Shown here in pieces: positions 63,774 through 64,000 of a stretch of DNA of 64,000 nucleotides. The stretch is from Ilumatobacteraceae bacterium (GTDB taxonomy: Bacteria; Actinomycetota; Acidimicrobiia; Acidimicrobiales; Ilumatobacteraceae). A model generated the notes under the pieces. That model had not been told where the DNA came from. It searched no databases and was given only the letters and a program-made list of their open reading frames with translations. The stretch lies in NCBI GenBank assembly GCA_965230015.1, contig CBDDKF010000015.1, forward strand, positions 47,393 to 111,392, written 5' to 3'. Positions within the stretch are counted from its first letter, which is position 1, and each line of letters opens with the position of its first letter. The position numbers and the translations under genes are program-made.

Positions 63774-64000
63774 TCAGTCGACGCGGCCGACACGACCCAG
63801 TACCGGAAATCGAATCTCGAGCAGCTCGGCACCTGCCGCGGACCGCAGCGCGGTCGCAAAGCTCTGGAACTCGTCGCCACGACCGGCGTCTCGAAGCTGT
63901 TTGACGCCCGACCACGTCGAGACGTAGCCGAGGAACTCGTCTGCGGTCCACGATCGTTCGATCCACAGCTCGGGTATCGCCACCTCGGGAAACGGAAACT
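63774..64000 (-). CDS. C-terminal fragment of a class I SAM-dependent methyltransferase (N-terminus outside window)
   Basis: The frame is open to the window edge. W(T)ADEFLGYVSTWSGVKQ…FPVLGRVGRVD resembles the C-terminal tail of Methyltransf_11-type proteins. Weak. Confidence 0.45.
   Translation of the reverse strand, partial: FPFPEVAIPELWIERSWTADEFLGYVSTWSGVKQLRDAGRGDEFQSFATALRSAAGAELLEIRFPVLGRVGRVD

Noticed and set aside
1-64000. tRNA, rRNA and known riboswitches.
   Set aside because: No cloverleaf-like or rRNA-like segments were noticed in the intergenic regions, which are mostly under 170 bp. This was an inspection by eye only, so small RNAs could have been missed.

Overview
A very GC-rich window (third codon positions almost all G/C), most consistent with an Actinomycetota chromosome, possibly Acidimicrobiia-like; the taxon is inference only. 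All family calls come from motifs I recognise in the translated ORFs. No database search was run. About 60 protein genes are supported. I saw no rRNA, tRNA, CRISPR array, transposase or integrase.

Layout:
- 0-16 kb: accessory redox and regulator genes, including 4 TetR and 1 AraC regulators, a Baeyer-Villiger monooxygenase, a CDGSH-GltS fusion, a crotonase, a DUF899 protein, an LLM oxidoreductase, and an SGNH hydrolase with an extreme Pro/Asp-rich tail.
- 15.4-16.9 kb: an ArsM-like methyltransferase / TusA-like / DsrE-like operon.
- 16.9-20.3 kb: a 1106-aa SARP-cyclase-NB-ARC-TPR regulator.
- 20.3-26.4 kb: lipoproteins and small-molecule enzymes, plus a thioredoxin-fold gene.
- 26.4-31.8 kb: paralogous secreted fibre-like proteins, two of which share a 469-bp near-identical segment.
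- 32-38.5 kb: a LAL/LuxR regulator, a patatin-like lipase, a TetR regulator and an alcohol dehydrogenase.
- 38.5-57.7 kb: a compact hydrogen-driven CO2-fixation module. It holds a 12-gene translationally coupled cytosolic [NiFe]-hydrogenase operon (cyanobacterial/Huc-like, probably group 2a) with hypFCDE, two convergent LysR genes, and a cbbF-prk-cbbL-cbbS operon that continues directly into hypA-hypB.
- 57.7-64 kb: an OmpR-NB-ARC-TPR regulator, a PhyH dioxygenase, methyltransferases and an MFS transporter.

Most notable observations:
1. Two in-frame TGA codons fall exactly at conserved Cys positions, each followed by a SECIS-like hairpin. This suggests selenocysteine use.
2. Two in-frame TAG codons and one frameshift interrupt otherwise intact genes.
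3. A conserved long-hairpin repeat brackets the hydrogenase/Calvin-cycle module.
4. A 43-nt repeat flanks the patatin gene.
5. There is evidence of gene conversion between the tandem fibre-protein paralogs.
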